DNA of 64,000 nucleotides from Candidatus Curtissbacteria bacterium RIFCSPHIGHO2_01_FULL_41_11 (GTDB taxonomy: Bacteria > Patescibacteriota > Microgenomatia > Curtissbacterales > GWA2-41-24), in assembly GCA_001776335.1 (NCBI GenBank), contig MFAZ01000043.1, positions 3,984-67,983 on the forward strand, given 5' to 3'. Shown here one piece after another: positions 9,270-20,217 of this stretch. The position numbers were made by a program, and so were the translations under genes. Each line of letters begins with the position of its first letter. Positions within the stretch are counted from its first letter, which is position 1. The notes beneath the pieces were generated by a model. The model did not search any database, was not told the DNA's origin, and saw only the letters and a list, made by a program, of their open reading frames with translations.

Positions 9270-9889
9270 TATATTTTTACTCCTGATTTTTTTAGGCTGC
9301 TAGCCAAACTTTTTGAACCTTTAAATAAGATTGAATGAATTCCAACAGAATTTGCACTTTCTATATTTGCAATTTTGTCATCAATAAATATTACCCCAGA
9401 AGGCTTCACTCTTATTTTTTTTAAAACGTGTAAGAAGATTTCTTGATCAGGTTTTTTTAAACCGAGCGTAAATGATGTAAAAACTTTATCAAAAAGTTCG
9501 TAAATTCCAGTTTTACCTATAGCATTGAAATGAAGATCTATGGTGTTTGAAAGTAAGTAAATTTTATAATCTTTTTTAAGTTTTTTGATTATTTTGATAA
9601 CTTGTTTATCTATATCCACTTGGGATTCATGAATTTTTTGCCATGTTTCGATTATACTTGCTATCGTTTTTTCACCTGATGTGATGTTTTGAAAAAGTTT
9701 CGCAACTTTTTTGACATTTAATCTACCCAGGGTCCAGTCATTTTTATACTTTTCGTAAAATTCTTGGACCTTTATGTCCTCAATTCCAAAGAAATTTCCC
9801 ATTAGTTCGAAGGTATTTTCATAAGTGTGTCTGAGGACGACGCCTCCCAAATCAAAAATGATAGCTTTTATCATTTTATTCGTATTCAA
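9269..9889 (-). CDS. HAD superfamily hydrolase (subfamily IA)
   Basis: 206 aa. IFDLGGVV motif I, SNT and DD motifs. Confidence 0.7.
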   Translation of the reverse strand: MNTNKMIKAIIFDLGGVVLRHTYENTFELMGNFFGIEDIKVQEFYEKYKNDWTLGRLNVKKVAKLFQNITSGEKTIASIIETWQKIHESQVDIDKQVIKIIKKLKKDYKIYLLSNTIDLHFNAIGKTGIYELFDKVFTSFTLGLKKPDQEIFLHVLKKIRVKPSGVIFIDDKIANIESANSVGIHSILFKGSKSLASSLKKSGVKI

Positions 9890-11396
9890 TGGTTGCCGGG
9901 GGCTTTTGGGTTATATCGTAAACGACACGGTTGACGCCCCTAACTTCATTGACGATTCTGCTTGAGACTTTTTCCAAAACAACGTATGGAATTTTAGACC
10001 AGTCGGCTGTCATAAAATCGGTGGTATCGACGGACCTTAGAGATACAATGTAAGAATATGTCCTGGCATCACCCATAACGCCTACGGATTTAACGGGAAG
10101 AAGTGCGGAAAACGCCTGATTAACTTCCTTATATATATTGTTAGATTTAAGTTCCGAGATGAAAATTTCATCTACCTCTCTTAAGATTTTTAGCCTCTCT
10201 TTGGTAACCTCCCCCACAATTCTTATTGCTAGCCCCGGACCAGGAAATGGATGGCGCATTAAAAACTCTTCCGGTATGCCCAGAAACTTGCCTATTTTTC
10301 TTACTTCGTCCTTGTAAAGATCGGCTACCGGCTCCAATATTTCAAGTTTTAATCCCTGGGGGAGAGTTACATTGTGATGGCTTTTAATCTTATCAGCGTG
10401 TTTCGAAGTCTGCGCGGATTCTATTCTGTCGGAATAAATTGTTCCCTGTCCCAGAAATTTTACCTGCCCAATTTTTTTGGCTTCGTCTTCTAAAATCTTG
10501 AAGTATACTTTTGCAATTCTCTTTCTCTTTTCTTCAGGGTCTACAACCCTTTTTAGTTCTTTCAGAAATGTTTTGGAAGCGTCTACAATTTTAAAATTTT
10601 TAAACTGAACTTTTTTGGCAACTTTTTTTAGGTCTGCAATGTCATAACTTCTAAGAAGTCCGGTTTCGATGAAAACTAAATAAAGATTTTTAGGAGAAGC
10701 TTCTTTAATCAGTGTCGCGGCAACCGTCGAGTCCACACCTCCGGATACTGCCATCAAAACTTTATTTTTGCCTATTTTGTTTTTTATTTTCTTTTTGATT
10801 TCTTCTTTTAGTTCCTTAAGATCCCAATCGTGTTTTGCATTTGAAATTTTAAAGAGGAAGTTTTTGAGAAGGACTCTCCCCTTTTCAGTGTGTGTAACTT
10901 CAGGATGAAATTGAATACCATAAAACTTCTTGTGGGAATTTTCCATAGAGGCAATTTTTGCATTTTTGCTGGATCCGGTTAATTTGAAACCTTTGGGAAG
11001 TTTGTCGACTTGGTCGCCGTGGGAAAACCATACTGTTTCGGTGGAAGAAAGACCAGAAAAAAGCTTTGATTTTGTGATATTTACAGTTTCTTTACCAAAC
11101 TGTTTTGATGAGTGCAACGAAACTTTTCCTCCAAGCTGATAAGCCATAAGTTGCAAACCATAACAGATTCCAAGTATGGGGAGACCTAGATGATAGATTC
11201 TTTGGTTGACGTGAGGAGCATTTTTTTCGTAACACGAAAACGGACTGCCGGAGAATATCAATGCTTGGGGTTTTAGACTTTGAACTTTTTCCGGGCTAAT
11301 ATCAGGGGAAACAAGTTCGCTTTTTACTCCAAAATCCCGCACTCTTCTGGCGATTAGGTGTGCATATTGCCCGCCAAAATTAAAAACCAAAATCAT
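9876..11396 (-). CDS. guaA: GMP synthase (glutamine-hydrolysing)
   Basis: 506 aa. GATase domain plus ATP-PPase SGGVDS motif, C-terminal ...KPPATIEYE. Confidence 0.95.
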   Translation of the reverse strand: MILVFNFGGQYAHLIARRVRDFGVKSELVSPDISPEKVQSLKPQALIFSGSPFSCYEKNAPHVNQRIYHLGLPILGICYGLQLMAYQLGGKVSLHSSKQFGKETVNITKSKLFSGLSSTETVWFSHGDQVDKLPKGFKLTGSSKNAKIASMENSHKKFYGIQFHPEVTHTEKGRVLLKNFLFKISNAKHDWDLKELKEEIKKKIKNKIGKNKVLMAVSGGVDSTVAATLIKEASPKNLYLVFIETGLLRSYDIADLKKVAKKVQFKNFKIVDASKTFLKELKRVVDPEEKRKRIAKVYFKILEDEAKKIGQVKFLGQGTIYSDRIESAQTSKHADKIKSHHNVTLPQGLKLEILEPVADLYKDEVRKIGKFLGIPEEFLMRHPFPGPGLAIRIVGEVTKERLKILREVDEIFISELKSNNIYKEVNQAFSALLPVKSVGVMGDARTYSYIVSLRSVDTTDFMTADWSKIPYVVLEKVSSRIVNEVRGVNRVVYDITQKPPATIEYE

Positions 11397-12364
11397 ACGA
11401 GTTTTGCCAAAGATTCTTCAATCCTTTTTCTTGGTTCGATTGAAAGGTCGATTTCAAATTTTTCTCCGGAAAGTTTTTCGTATACTTCTATATATCTGAG
11501 GGCAATTTTTGCGATTAGGTCGTTTGGCATTTTTGGAGCTTTCCCCCTGCCGGAATATCCTTGCTCCTTGAACCACAACCGCATGAACTCCTTATCATAA
11601 TTTTCCGGCTCTTCGCCTTTTTTAATTCTTGCTGCAAGGGTTTTTTTTACCCAGAAGCGACTGCTATCCGGGGTATGTATTTCGTCAATTAAAATCAGTT
11701 TCCCCCTTTTATCCAAGGCGAATTCGTATTTTGTATCCGCTAAAATCAGTCCTGCTTTATCGGCAATTTGGGATCCCCTTTCAAAGAGTTTCATCGCTGT
11801 CTTTTCTATTTGTTTCCAGACTTGTGGTGATACAATTTTCTGTTTTACAATTTCTTTTGCCGTTATTGGTTCATCGTGGCCGCCTGCTCCAGTTTCTCTT
11901 GTTGTTGGAGTAATGACAGGTTTTTTGAGTTTTTGGTTTTTGGTCAGACCTTGGGGAAATTTAATTCCATAAATAATTCTTTCACCGTTTGCATATTTTT
12001 GCCAAAGTGACGTATCTGTTACTCCGGTTATATACCCACGAACGACAACTTCAATAGGTAATGCTTGGCATTCGGACACAATCATGATATTAGGATCGAT
12101 TACACCAATCATGTGGTTTTGGATAATGTCACGGGTTTTTTCAAACCAAAATTCGGAAAGTTTGGTTAAAACTGCTCCGCGGAATGGAATGTGACCCAAA
12201 ACTTTATCAAAAGCGGAAATTCTATCTGTGGCTATAAGAATTCTTAAGTTGTTTTTTACAAACCAATCACGAACTTTGCCGCTATGCTTTGCTCCTAAAC
12301 CGTGAAGACTAACTGTTGTGATGGCTTGGGGAATATTTTTAGCAATGGTTTTTCTGTCAATCAT
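11393..12364 (-). CDS. purC: Phosphoribosylaminoimidazole-succinocarboxamide synthase (SAICAR synthetase), long form
   Basis: 323 aa SAICAR_synt family. Confidence 0.9.
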   Translation of the reverse strand: MIDRKTIAKNIPQAITTVSLHGLGAKHSGKVRDWFVKNNLRILIATDRISAFDKVLGHIPFRGAVLTKLSEFWFEKTRDIIQNHMIGVIDPNIMIVSECQALPIEVVVRGYITGVTDTSLWQKYANGERIIYGIKFPQGLTKNQKLKKPVITPTTRETGAGGHDEPITAKEIVKQKIVSPQVWKQIEKTAMKLFERGSQIADKAGLILADTKYEFALDKRGKLILIDEIHTPDSSRFWVKKTLAARIKKGEEPENYDKEFMRLWFKEQGYSGRGKAPKMPNDLIAKIALRYIEVYEKLSGEKFEIDLSIEPRKRIEESLAKLV

Positions 12365-12366
12365 TT

Positions 12367-12882
12367 TTATTTATTTCTGAGGTATTTGCGCCAGCCTATT
12401 TTTTGTAAAGTAGCGTTTTTAGATAATACCTCTTTTTTCATGTCATTTTTATATTTTGTAATTCTTTCGAAAAGTTCGGGGTCGGTTGAGGCGATTATTT
12501 GGGCGGCCAAGAGGCCGGCATTCTTGGCGCTATTGATGCCAACGGTTGCAACTGGAACTCCGGATGGCATTTGGACAATTGAAAGTAATGAGTCTAAACC
12601 TTCCAGTGATTTGGTCATTATCGGGACACCTATCACCGGAAGTACGGTAAGAGAAGCAATAGATCCGGGGAGAGCAGCGGCACCTCCGGCACCGGCAATA
12701 ATAACTTTGACGCCTCGACTTTTGGCTTCTTTCGCATATTTGGCAGTTTCTTCCGGGGCGCGGTGAGTTGAAAGAATTATACTTTCGTTTTTGACATGAA
12801 GTTCGTCTAAAATCTTGGAGGCATCTTTCATGACTTCCAAATCAGAATCCGAACCCATGATTATTGCAATCTGGGGCTTCAT
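12367..12882 (-). CDS. purE: 5-(carboxyamino)imidazole ribonucleotide mutase / AIR carboxylase catalytic subunit
   Basis: 171 aa. IIMGSDSD ... AGGAAALPG motifs. Confidence 0.9.
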   Translation of the reverse strand: MKPQIAIIMGSDSDLEVMKDASKILDELHVKNESIILSTHRAPEETAKYAKEAKSRGVKVIIAGAGGAAALPGSIASLTVLPVIGVPIMTKSLEGLDSLLSIVQMPSGVPVATVGINSAKNAGLLAAQIIASTDPELFERITKYKNDMKKEVLSKNATLQKIGWRKYLRNK

Positions 12883-14285
12883 TCTGATAACTCCTTATTT
12901 AGCTCTTTTAAAAAAATTGTACATTGTTGCTGGGCAAGTCCAGCGTGGGCAGTAGGATCGATTAATTGAGGAATTTTTTCACGATCCACGAACTTGATGA
13001 TTATTTTATCCCTTGCTAAAAGATGTGCAATAGGGTTTGCCCCATTTTTATCGATTTGATTCCAGGCTTCCATTGCAATTTGTCGTATTTTTTCATGAAT
13101 TTCTTGCCTGTTTGCCCCATTTTTAACTGCTTCTAACATTAAACTTTCAGTACCGGCAAATGGACCGTATTTTTCAAGATTATTTTTAATATTTGATTCG
13201 TTGACAAGCAAATTGGCGACAAGTTTTTCCGTAACTTCTAAGATTTCATCAGCCGCCAAAAAGGCTTCCGGAATAAAGATGCGACGGTTAGCACTATCAT
13301 CTAATGTTCTTTCCAGTAGTGACTCGGCTGCGTTTGCCCAAGCAATATTTACAAGTGATGAAATGTATCTTGCCAAAGAACAGACTTTTTCCGCTTTGTC
13401 AGGATTTCTTTTAAATGGCATAGCAGAGGAACCAACTCTTTTTTCATCTCTTTTTTCAGACCACTCTCCAATATTAGGTGACTCTAAAATTCTTAAATCG
13501 AAACAGAATTTATGAAGAGATTGTGCGACTGATGAAAGTGCTTGGGCGAGTAACAGATCAATTTTCCTGGGATAGGTTTGGGTGGCGATAATACTTTCTT
13601 TAAGACCAAGTTCGTCCATAACCATTTTACTCATAGTTTGAGCATCTATTTTGCTATTTTTTAGTAATTTGGCGTATGAAGCGCTTGTACCCACGGCGCC
13701 TTTCATACCTTTGGCTAGCAAATTATTTTTAAAATTACGGATAAGCTTTAGGTCAAAAAGTAAGTCTTGGGCGTAGATTGAAAATCGCAGGCCGAGAGTT
13801 GTCGGTTCTGCCGGTTGCAGATGTGTGTAGCCCATGCAAACTGTATTTTTATATTTTCTGATTTGGCGAGAGAAAGTTTTTTCAAGTTTTATTATTTTGC
13901 TTTCAATGATATCTGTGGCTTGTATAATTCTTATAATATCCGCGTTGTCTTCGATGTCCATGCTTGTTGCCCCGAGGTGAATTTTTCCGCCTGCTTTGCC
14001 GCTCTGCATAGCAAAAACTTTAATCTCGGCCATTAAATCGTGGTATATTTCTTTTTCAAATTTTTGGGCGAGAGCAATATCAATTTTGTTAGTGTTCTTT
14101 TCCAAAGATGTTAGTTCTTGTTTTGTCAGAAGTCCTGCTTTCTGCTGTGCACGCGCAAGGGCAACCCAGATTTTTCGCCAGAGTTTTCTCTTATTTATTT
14201 CGGAAAAAATTTTGCGCATCTCGTCACTACCATAGCGCCAAGAAAATGGTGATTGATAAGTGTCAAAATTTAAATCTGCTCTCAT
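12879..14285 (-). CDS. purB: Adenylosuccinate lyase
   Basis: 468 aa. Lyase_1 fold, [11 protein letters not shown] signature. Confidence 0.9.
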   Translation of the reverse strand: MRADLNFDTYQSPFSWRYGSDEMRKIFSEINKRKLWRKIWVALARAQQKAGLLTKQELTSLEKNTNKIDIALAQKFEKEIYHDLMAEIKVFAMQSGKAGGKIHLGATSMDIEDNADIIRIIQATDIIESKIIKLEKTFSRQIRKYKNTVCMGYTHLQPAEPTTLGLRFSIYAQDLLFDLKLIRNFKNNLLAKGMKGAVGTSASYAKLLKNSKIDAQTMSKMVMDELGLKESIIATQTYPRKIDLLLAQALSSVAQSLHKFCFDLRILESPNIGEWSEKRDEKRVGSSAMPFKRNPDKAEKVCSLARYISSLVNIAWANAAESLLERTLDDSANRRIFIPEAFLAADEILEVTEKLVANLLVNESNIKNNLEKYGPFAGTESLMLEAVKNGANRQEIHEKIRQIAMEAWNQIDKNGANPIAHLLARDKIIIKFVDREKIPQLIDPTAHAGLAQQQCTIFLKELNKELSE

Positions 14286-15370
14286 GTTGTTACTTTTTTG
14301 ATTTGATTTTTGAATAAAGCTTCTTTTATTTCCATTGCTACGCGCTTTCCCACGCTGATTGATTTACCAAACAAATATCCGCTATATGGAGTTGCGAAAA
14401 TGCCGGGAGATCCGGGCATTCTGGGTGAAACGTCAAAAACTACAATTTCTTTTTTTGGGGGGCCAGCGGTAATTATTGATTGTAAACTGAATGGACCGAT
14501 GATTCCAGGCGGAATTATTTCTCTGGCAGCTTTTACAAATTTTTCGCCTATCTCGAAAGCTGGTTCAAGGAGTGATTCTAGCGTAGTTACAGCCATGTGC
14601 CCCGCTTCCTCAAAGCTTGGCCTTGTTCCTGCTTGTAAAGCTTCTATCTGATATTCAGCCAGAAGATTTCTAAGCCCTTCTATATTTGTTTGTCTTCGAG
14701 TATCGGTTCCAATTAACTCTAGACGATTGTTTATGGATGAAAAGAAAAAATTAAAATTTACTTGAACACCAATTACAAATTCCTCGATAATTGCACTTTC
14801 AAGCCCGCGTTTATCAATCTTTCCTTGTTTTAACATGAAACTTGACCATCGGTTGTAACTTATGCGGTCGTAGCACAAGAAGAATCCCCTTTCAAAACGC
14901 CTGTCTTTCTCTTGCGCTTTGACTATAACTAAGCGGTCAATTTCGTCCGGCGTTTTGAATTGCTTGGGGTATCTGATGTCAGCTTTTTCTAGAAGATTAT
15001 ATTGATTGAATTTTTCTGTGCGCTCTTCAATTCTTAATAGTTTCCTATTGCCAAACATTGGGACATTAAAGTCTTTTTCAATTGCATCATAGTCATTTAC
15101 GTAAACTTCGAACGATCGATGAGGAATGAAGATAGCGTTTTTACTTTTGAGAATTTTTTGGACTTTTGGCGAAATTACATCTTTAAATTTATCTACATAT
15201 AAGACTTCGTCAACACAACCTAATTCTCCTTGAGATTTGAAATACTGAGCGTAAGTTTTGTCTCTACCCTTTTCAACAATAACCAGAGTTTTAAAACCTT
15301 CATCTTTTGCACCGCGGCACACATCAAGTGCGCTGTGACTTCCGATGACTGCAATTGACGGTTTAGGCAT
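14282..15370 (-). CDS. purP: 5-formaminoimidazole-4-carboxamide ribonucleotide (FAICAR) synthetase, archaeal-type PurP (ATP-grasp, formate-dependent)
   Basis: 362 aa. N-terminal IAVIGSHSALDVCRGAKDEGF typical of PurP (DUF1246/DUF1297). Confidence 0.75.
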   Translation of the reverse strand: MPKPSIAVIGSHSALDVCRGAKDEGFKTLVIVEKGRDKTYAQYFKSQGELGCVDEVLYVDKFKDVISPKVQKILKSKNAIFIPHRSFEVYVNDYDAIEKDFNVPMFGNRKLLRIEERTEKFNQYNLLEKADIRYPKQFKTPDEIDRLVIVKAQEKDRRFERGFFLCYDRISYNRWSSFMLKQGKIDKRGLESAIIEEFVIGVQVNFNFFFSSINNRLELIGTDTRRQTNIEGLRNLLAEYQIEALQAGTRPSFEEAGHMAVTTLESLLEPAFEIGEKFVKAAREIIPPGIIGPFSLQSIITAGPPKKEIVVFDVSPRMPGSPGIFATPYSGYLFGKSISVGKRVAMEIKEALFKNQIKKVTT

Positions 15371-16643
15371 AAATCACTTCACTCCTATCCGGCCCTACTC
15401 CAATAAAGCTAATGGGTAATTTGGTATAGTTCTCAACAAATTTAATGAAGTTTCTGGCTTCCTGTGGAAGATCAGTCAAGTTTCTCGCTTTTGAAATGTC
15501 TTCGTTCCATCCAGGTAATGTTTTGTAAACAGGTTTTACTGATGAGAGAAAATCTGCATCGCCAGAAATATAATCTGTTGTACTGTTGCCAATCTTGTAC
15601 TGGATGCAAACTTTTATTTCCTTTAACTGTGAGAGGACGTCTAACTTTGTCATTGCAATATTTGTGACTCTATTATTTTCGCAAGCAGTTTTTAGTAAAA
15701 CTAAATCAAGCCAACCCGGGTCTCTAATCCTTCCGGATGTTGTCCCAACTTCCCCACCTTTTTTTATAATCCAATCTCTCTGTTCACCTTTTATGTAGGT
15801 GGGCATGGGGCCCGATCCCACTCGGGTTGTATATGCTTTGGTGATCCCTATTACATAATTTATATCGGTTGGGTGGACGTCAAAACATCTCCAGATCCCA
15901 ATAATACCTGTATTTGAGGAGGTTACAAATGGATAAGTTCCCGCATCAACATCCAGAAAATACCCCTGCGCTCCTTCAAACAAAACATTCTTTTTATTTT
16001 TAATTGCGCTTTTTACAAGCGACGTAGTTTCTGTAACTAGTGGTTTGATGAGGTTTGTGTATTTATGAAATTGTGAATAAATCTTTGACGGTGATAAATT
16101 TAGACTGAAATATTTGTTTTGAATTTTTATTTCTTCACCCAGCAAATCTTTAAAATCTTTCCGGTAAAGATCTCTGACACGAATACCAACTCTTTCGATT
16201 CTATCTGCGTAGGCCGGGCCTACTCCTCTTTTCGTGGTTCCGATTTTGGCGTTTCTTGATTCTTCGCGCTGGCCATCTCTCATTTTATGCCAGGGCATTA
16301 CAAGCGTTGCGCGCTGGTCAATTCTTAAATTTTTCCAGGATACTTTCGCTTTTTTTAGTTGTTGGAGCTCATCATCTATTAACGATTCCAAGTCTACTAG
16401 TACATTTTTGCCTACAATATTTATTGATTTTGAATTAAAGATGCCAGATGGAATTATGTGAAGAGCAAATTTTCCAAATTTGTTTTTTACCGTATGGCCT
16501 GTGTTTGAACCACCATTAAATCGAGCAACAACATCTGCTGTTTGGGCTAAATTGTCTATTAATCTTCCTTTTCCGGAGTCTCCCCAATCTACTCCTATAA
16601 CAGCCGCCACTCCTTTCCAGTTTGAAAGTTTTGATTTTTTCAT
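15363..16643 (-). CDS. purA: Adenylosuccinate synthetase
   Basis: 426 aa. GDSGKGR P-loop, RFNGGSNTGHTV, KFALHIIPSGI. Confidence 0.9.
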   Translation of the reverse strand: MKKSKLSNWKGVAAVIGVDWGDSGKGRLIDNLAQTADVVARFNGGSNTGHTVKNKFGKFALHIIPSGIFNSKSINIVGKNVLVDLESLIDDELQQLKKAKVSWKNLRIDQRATLVMPWHKMRDGQREESRNAKIGTTKRGVGPAYADRIERVGIRVRDLYRKDFKDLLGEEIKIQNKYFSLNLSPSKIYSQFHKYTNLIKPLVTETTSLVKSAIKNKKNVLFEGAQGYFLDVDAGTYPFVTSSNTGIIGIWRCFDVHPTDINYVIGITKAYTTRVGSGPMPTYIKGEQRDWIIKKGGEVGTTSGRIRDPGWLDLVLLKTACENNRVTNIAMTKLDVLSQLKEIKVCIQYKIGNSTTDYISGDADFLSSVKPVYKTLPGWNEDISKARNLTDLPQEARNFIKFVENYTKLPISFIGVGPDRSEVIYA

Positions 16644-16645
16644 TT

Positions 16646-17659
16646 TTAATTTAAAATTTTTTCTGTCGATTTTTCTTTAATCGCTTTTTTTATTTCCATT
16701 GCTATTCTTCTTCCAGTCGAAACGTCTTTTTGGTAATAAAGAGATGCATAGGGGGATCCATTGATAAAAAGGTTCGTTCCAGCAACTATTCTACAAGATA
16801 TTTCAATGACGAAAAATTCCTGATTTGGAGTTATTATTGCCTCAAGACAAAAAGGGCCCCATAGGCCACCTGTCATTAATTTTTTGGAGGCTGTGATAGT
16901 TCTTTCACCCATTTCAAAAGCGTCTGCTAAAAGTGACTCACGAAGAACCAGAGGGCTGTTGCCCACGACAACAAAGCTTGGTTCTATACCAAGCCCTTGC
17001 TGGTTGTGTGACGGGATTCTACCAAGTGAGTCTACATTGCTTTCGTAACGTCTATCAATGGAAAGGACTTCCAGTTTTTTGGTAAGGGGTGAATAAAAAT
17101 AGTGAATGTATGCAGAGACACCGATAACATATTCTTGAATAATAAATTTTTTAGGTTTAAAGTTTTTAATTTTTTGCTTGTATTCTTGTTTGTTTTTAGC
17201 AAAGAAATATCCTTCGCCTCCCGACGCCCCATATGATTTAACAAGAACCGGTCTGTCTATTTCATTGGCTTTAGCAAATTTCCTAGGAACCGGGACGTTT
17301 GCTTTTTCCAACCATTCCCTTTGTTTAAGCCTATCTGATTCCCAATCTAAAACTGCTTTGTTTCCAAAATAATGCACATTCATCTTTTTGTGCTCTTTTA
17401 ATCCAAGATAAGCAACAAAGGATCCGTGGGGAATAAGAATGGCCTTTTCCTCTATAAGTTTTTTTTCGATCTTTGCGAAATCTGAAAAAGTTGGGATTTC
17501 TATTATTTTGTCAATGAAGTTAAATCGTCTATAAAGGGAAACGCGGTTTGGGGTGGCGACTACGATTGTTTCAAAACCTTCGTCTTTTGCGCCTTTTAAA
17601 ATTTGCAGGGCAGAATGAGAGCCAAGTGTGGCAATTTTGTAGGGCTTGCGACCCACCAT
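16646..17659 (-). CDS. purP: Second PurP-family FAICAR synthetase paralog
   Basis: 337 aa. IATLGSHSALQILKGAKDEGF N-terminus, ATP-grasp. Confidence 0.75.
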   Translation of the reverse strand: MVGRKPYKIATLGSHSALQILKGAKDEGFETIVVATPNRVSLYRRFNFIDKIIEIPTFSDFAKIEKKLIEEKAILIPHGSFVAYLGLKEHKKMNVHYFGNKAVLDWESDRLKQREWLEKANVPVPRKFAKANEIDRPVLVKSYGASGGEGYFFAKNKQEYKQKIKNFKPKKFIIQEYVIGVSAYIHYFYSPLTKKLEVLSIDRRYESNVDSLGRIPSHNQQGLGIEPSFVVVGNSPLVLRESLLADAFEMGERTITASKKLMTGGLWGPFCLEAIITPNQEFFVIEISCRIVAGTNLFINGSPYASLYYQKDVSTGRRIAMEIKKAIKEKSTEKILN

Positions 17660-17665
17660 TTACGT

Positions 17666-17694
17666 ATTTTACAGGAATCGAGGCTAAATTGCAA
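17666..17694 (-). promoter_or_regulatory. Sigma70-like promoter TTGCAA-17nt-TAAAAT giving an essentially leaderless transcript for purP (16646..17659)
   Basis: -35 at 17694..17689 and -10 at 17671..17666, with only 6 nt before the ATG at 17659. Confidence 0.45.
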
Positions 17695-17786
17695 ATTTTA
17701 AATAAGACTATAGGATTTTGAGGAGATTATTCCTTTTTCGGTTTCCCGAAATATGCTTAAAGTTTCAGGTTGCATGTCTGGATTCA

Positions 17787-18320
17787 TTATCTTGGAACTG
17801 ATTCTGATCGTCTTAATAAAATTTGCGAGTAAGGATAATTTTCATCGGGTAATCTACCTTTTGAAGTTTTAAAATCAATGACATGTTCTTTTCTCGTAAT
17901 CCCAGTTAATTCAAAATCTTCTTCACTAAAAACAGCGTAAGGTTTTATTCTTACACTTACCACTTCGTGAATTATTCTCGAACCATCTCCTGGATTTGTA
18001 GGAATATTATAAGAGACTGGCACCCAAACCCCCGCAATAAGAATGGCGACTTTATTTATTTTTTCCATCAATTCGCCTTGCGAATAGGTTAGTCTGACAG
18101 ATTTTAATGTGTTAACAAACGGCCAATCCAAACTTAGTTGTTCCGCGAATGTGTTCAGAGCCGCTCTCCTAACCGGGATTGGCCATAGATCAGCTAAATT
18201 TAAACCATAAAAAAAATTGCCCTTGAAGTTACGATCTTGGCTTGGTGTATACCACGAAATTTCTTTACAATATTCAATTTGATGCGAACCAGCGAGAGGG
18301 TGAAGAGTCTCGATTGTCAT
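17787..18320 (-). CDS. Conserved hypothetical protein (177 aa), last gene of the purN-to-purM-like transcription unit
   Basis: Its start overlaps the purM-like stop (ATGA). No TM segments and no motif I can assign. Confidence 0.5.
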   Translation of the reverse strand: MTIETLHPLAGSHQIEYCKEISWYTPSQDRNFKGNFFYGLNLADLWPIPVRRAALNTFAEQLSLDWPFVNTLKSVRLTYSQGELMEKINKVAILIAGVWVPVSYNIPTNPGDGSRIIHEVVSVRIKPYAVFSEEDFELTGITRKEHVIDFKTSKGRLPDENYPYSQILLRRSESVPR

Positions 18321-19414
18321 CTTAAATCTAACGTTTCTGACCCGAAGGTTATATTTTTGGGTCTGATGATTACTTGGCGAGGTCCGACCTCGACATGACC
18401 GGCATCAAGGGATGATAATTTGTTGTTTTTTATGATTTGTTGAGCTTTTTTGACATGTGATTCCGGTAAAAAAATTGCATAATCCTGCCCCATGTTAAGA
18501 GTTTGATAAATTTCATAGTCTGAGAGACCTGCATGTTTTTGGATAAATGTAAAAACTTCTTGAGGATTAAAGACCTTTTCAATTATATATGTAAATTCTC
18601 CCCTTGCCCTCATTATTTTTCTAAGTCCATGGCCGGTGATGTTGGAAATGTAATGGATATTAACTCCTTCATCGAGTAAATTCTGGATTAGTTTTGCATA
18701 AATGTTGGTTTTTGTCAGAAGGACTTCCCCATACATTTTGCCGCTCGGGAGTTTTATTGCATATCCTTTGGTGAGTTTTTTGGAAACCGCTCGGGCTAAA
18801 GATATACCGTTACAGTTAATTCCGCTGCTTTTCAAAAGCAGAATACGGTCTCCTGCTTTAAGTTTTTTGTCCGTAATCAGTTTATCTTTGGGGTCGATGA
18901 CTCCAATTGCAGACCCTCCAAGATCAACTGTGTCTTTTTCTATTACTCCTTTTAAGGTTGGGGTTTCGCCGCCGCCCCACGTTGCCATAGATACTTTACA
19001 AGCGTCACGCCAGCCCGTTACGAAATCTGTCATTCTATCTTTATCTTGTAACCAGCTGTTATCTTCGATAGCCCAGTAAGCATGAATGACTCTCGGCTTT
19101 GCACCGACTGTAATGAGGTCATTGATTATTGTGGCAACTGTGTCATAACCAATTACGTCGTAATATGTTCTTCCTGTTATCTTGCGCAATTGATCTGCGA
19201 CAAGATTTTTGGTGCCCAAACCTTCAACGACTGAGGCCATTAAAACATCCCCTTGTTGCCAAACAAAAGCTGACTCTCCACGACTGTCTGTGATTTCAAA
19301 AAAACCTGATTTCTCTTTGATTATTGTTTGACGGGCAAAAAGTTGCGCCATTTTTTTAACCGGGTCTTTTGTGTCGTAATTATCTCCGACTTTCCCGTAA
19401 GTGATTTTTTTCAT
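18317..19414 (-). CDS. purM: AIR synthase-related protein, probable phosphoribosylformylglycinamidine cyclo-ligase
   Basis: 365 aa. EGLGTKNLVAD and INDLITVGAKPRVIHAY align with PurM DGVGTKL / VNDLVVQGAEPLFFLDY. Confidence 0.6.
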   Translation of the reverse strand: MKKITYGKVGDNYDTKDPVKKMAQLFARQTIIKEKSGFFEITDSRGESAFVWQQGDVLMASVVEGLGTKNLVADQLRKITGRTYYDVIGYDTVATIINDLITVGAKPRVIHAYWAIEDNSWLQDKDRMTDFVTGWRDACKVSMATWGGGETPTLKGVIEKDTVDLGGSAIGVIDPKDKLITDKKLKAGDRILLLKSSGINCNGISLARAVSKKLTKGYAIKLPSGKMYGEVLLTKTNIYAKLIQNLLDEGVNIHYISNITGHGLRKIMRARGEFTYIIEKVFNPQEVFTFIQKHAGLSDYEIYQTLNMGQDYAIFLPESHVKKAQQIIKNNKLSSLDAGHVEVGPRQVIIRPKNITFGSETLDLR

Positions 19415-20217
19415 GACTGCTGTGCGAATTTTACCATTGATTCAAATATTAACCCACCTTTTGCACTAACGTTTCCTCTTCTCCAATTTGGATGCTGAGT
19501 TAATTCTATTATTTTTTCAGGGTGAGGCATGAGTCCCAGAATGCGGCCTGTCGGATCTGTTATACCGGCTATTGCATTTAATGCTCCATTCGGATTTGGA
19601 GGGTACTTTTGTGTAGGACGGCCATTTTGATCGACGTATCTGCAGAAAACTAAGTTTTCCTTTTCGATTTTGCTGATTGTTTTATTATCTGAGAAAAATT
19701 TACCTTCGCCATGATTTACGGAAATATCTATAACTTGTTCAACATAAGGCTTTAGAAATATTGCACATGATTGTTGGATTTTGATTTTGACGAAACGGCA
19801 TTCGAAATGGCCACTTTCGTTCTGTGCAAGTGTTGCATCCATTTCACCTAAATGATTGAAGGGTAAAAGGCCGGTCCTAACTAAAACCTGGAAACCGTTG
19901 CATATACCGAGGATCAATTTTTTTCTACTTACAAATTCCTGGATTTGATCTTTTAAAAAACTCACTAATTCTGTCGCCAGAATTTTTCCAGATACAACAT
20001 CGTCTCCATATGCAAAACCACCGGGGATTGCTAGAATCTGGTAGTTTTTTAGATGTTTGATTTTAGATCTTAGTTGGTTAATATGAACATACTCTGGTTC
20101 CCCACCGAATTTTTCGAATGCGTAGAATGTCTCTTCATCGCAATTTATTCCATCGGCCCGCAGAATACAAACTTTAGGCTTCATGTGTGAAATATCTCTT
20201 TCATTGGTTTTTGCCAA
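19411..20217 (-). CDS. purQ: Phosphoribosylformylglycinamidine synthase I (glutaminase subunit)
   Basis: 268 aa class-I GATase. Catalytic Cys in GICNGFQ, HPE near the C-terminus. Confidence 0.9.
   Translation of the reverse strand: MAKTNERDISHMKPKVCILRADGINCDEETFYAFEKFGGEPEYVHINQLRSKIKHLKNYQILAIPGGFAYGDDVVSGKILATELVSFLKDQIQEFVSRKKLILGICNGFQVLVRTGLLPFNHLGEMDATLAQNESGHFECRFVKIKIQQSCAIFLKPYVEQVIDISVNHGEGKFFSDNKTISKIEKENLVFCRYVDQNGRPTQKYPPNPNGALNAIAGITDPTGRILGLMPHPEKIIELTQHPNWRRGNVSAKGGLIFESMVKFAQQS

Noticed and set aside
17787-18320. Direct annotation of the 177-aa protein as PurO (archaeal IMP cyclohydrolase)
   Set aside because: No sequence resemblance to PurO as I recall it. It is kept only as a context-based candidate for the missing step.
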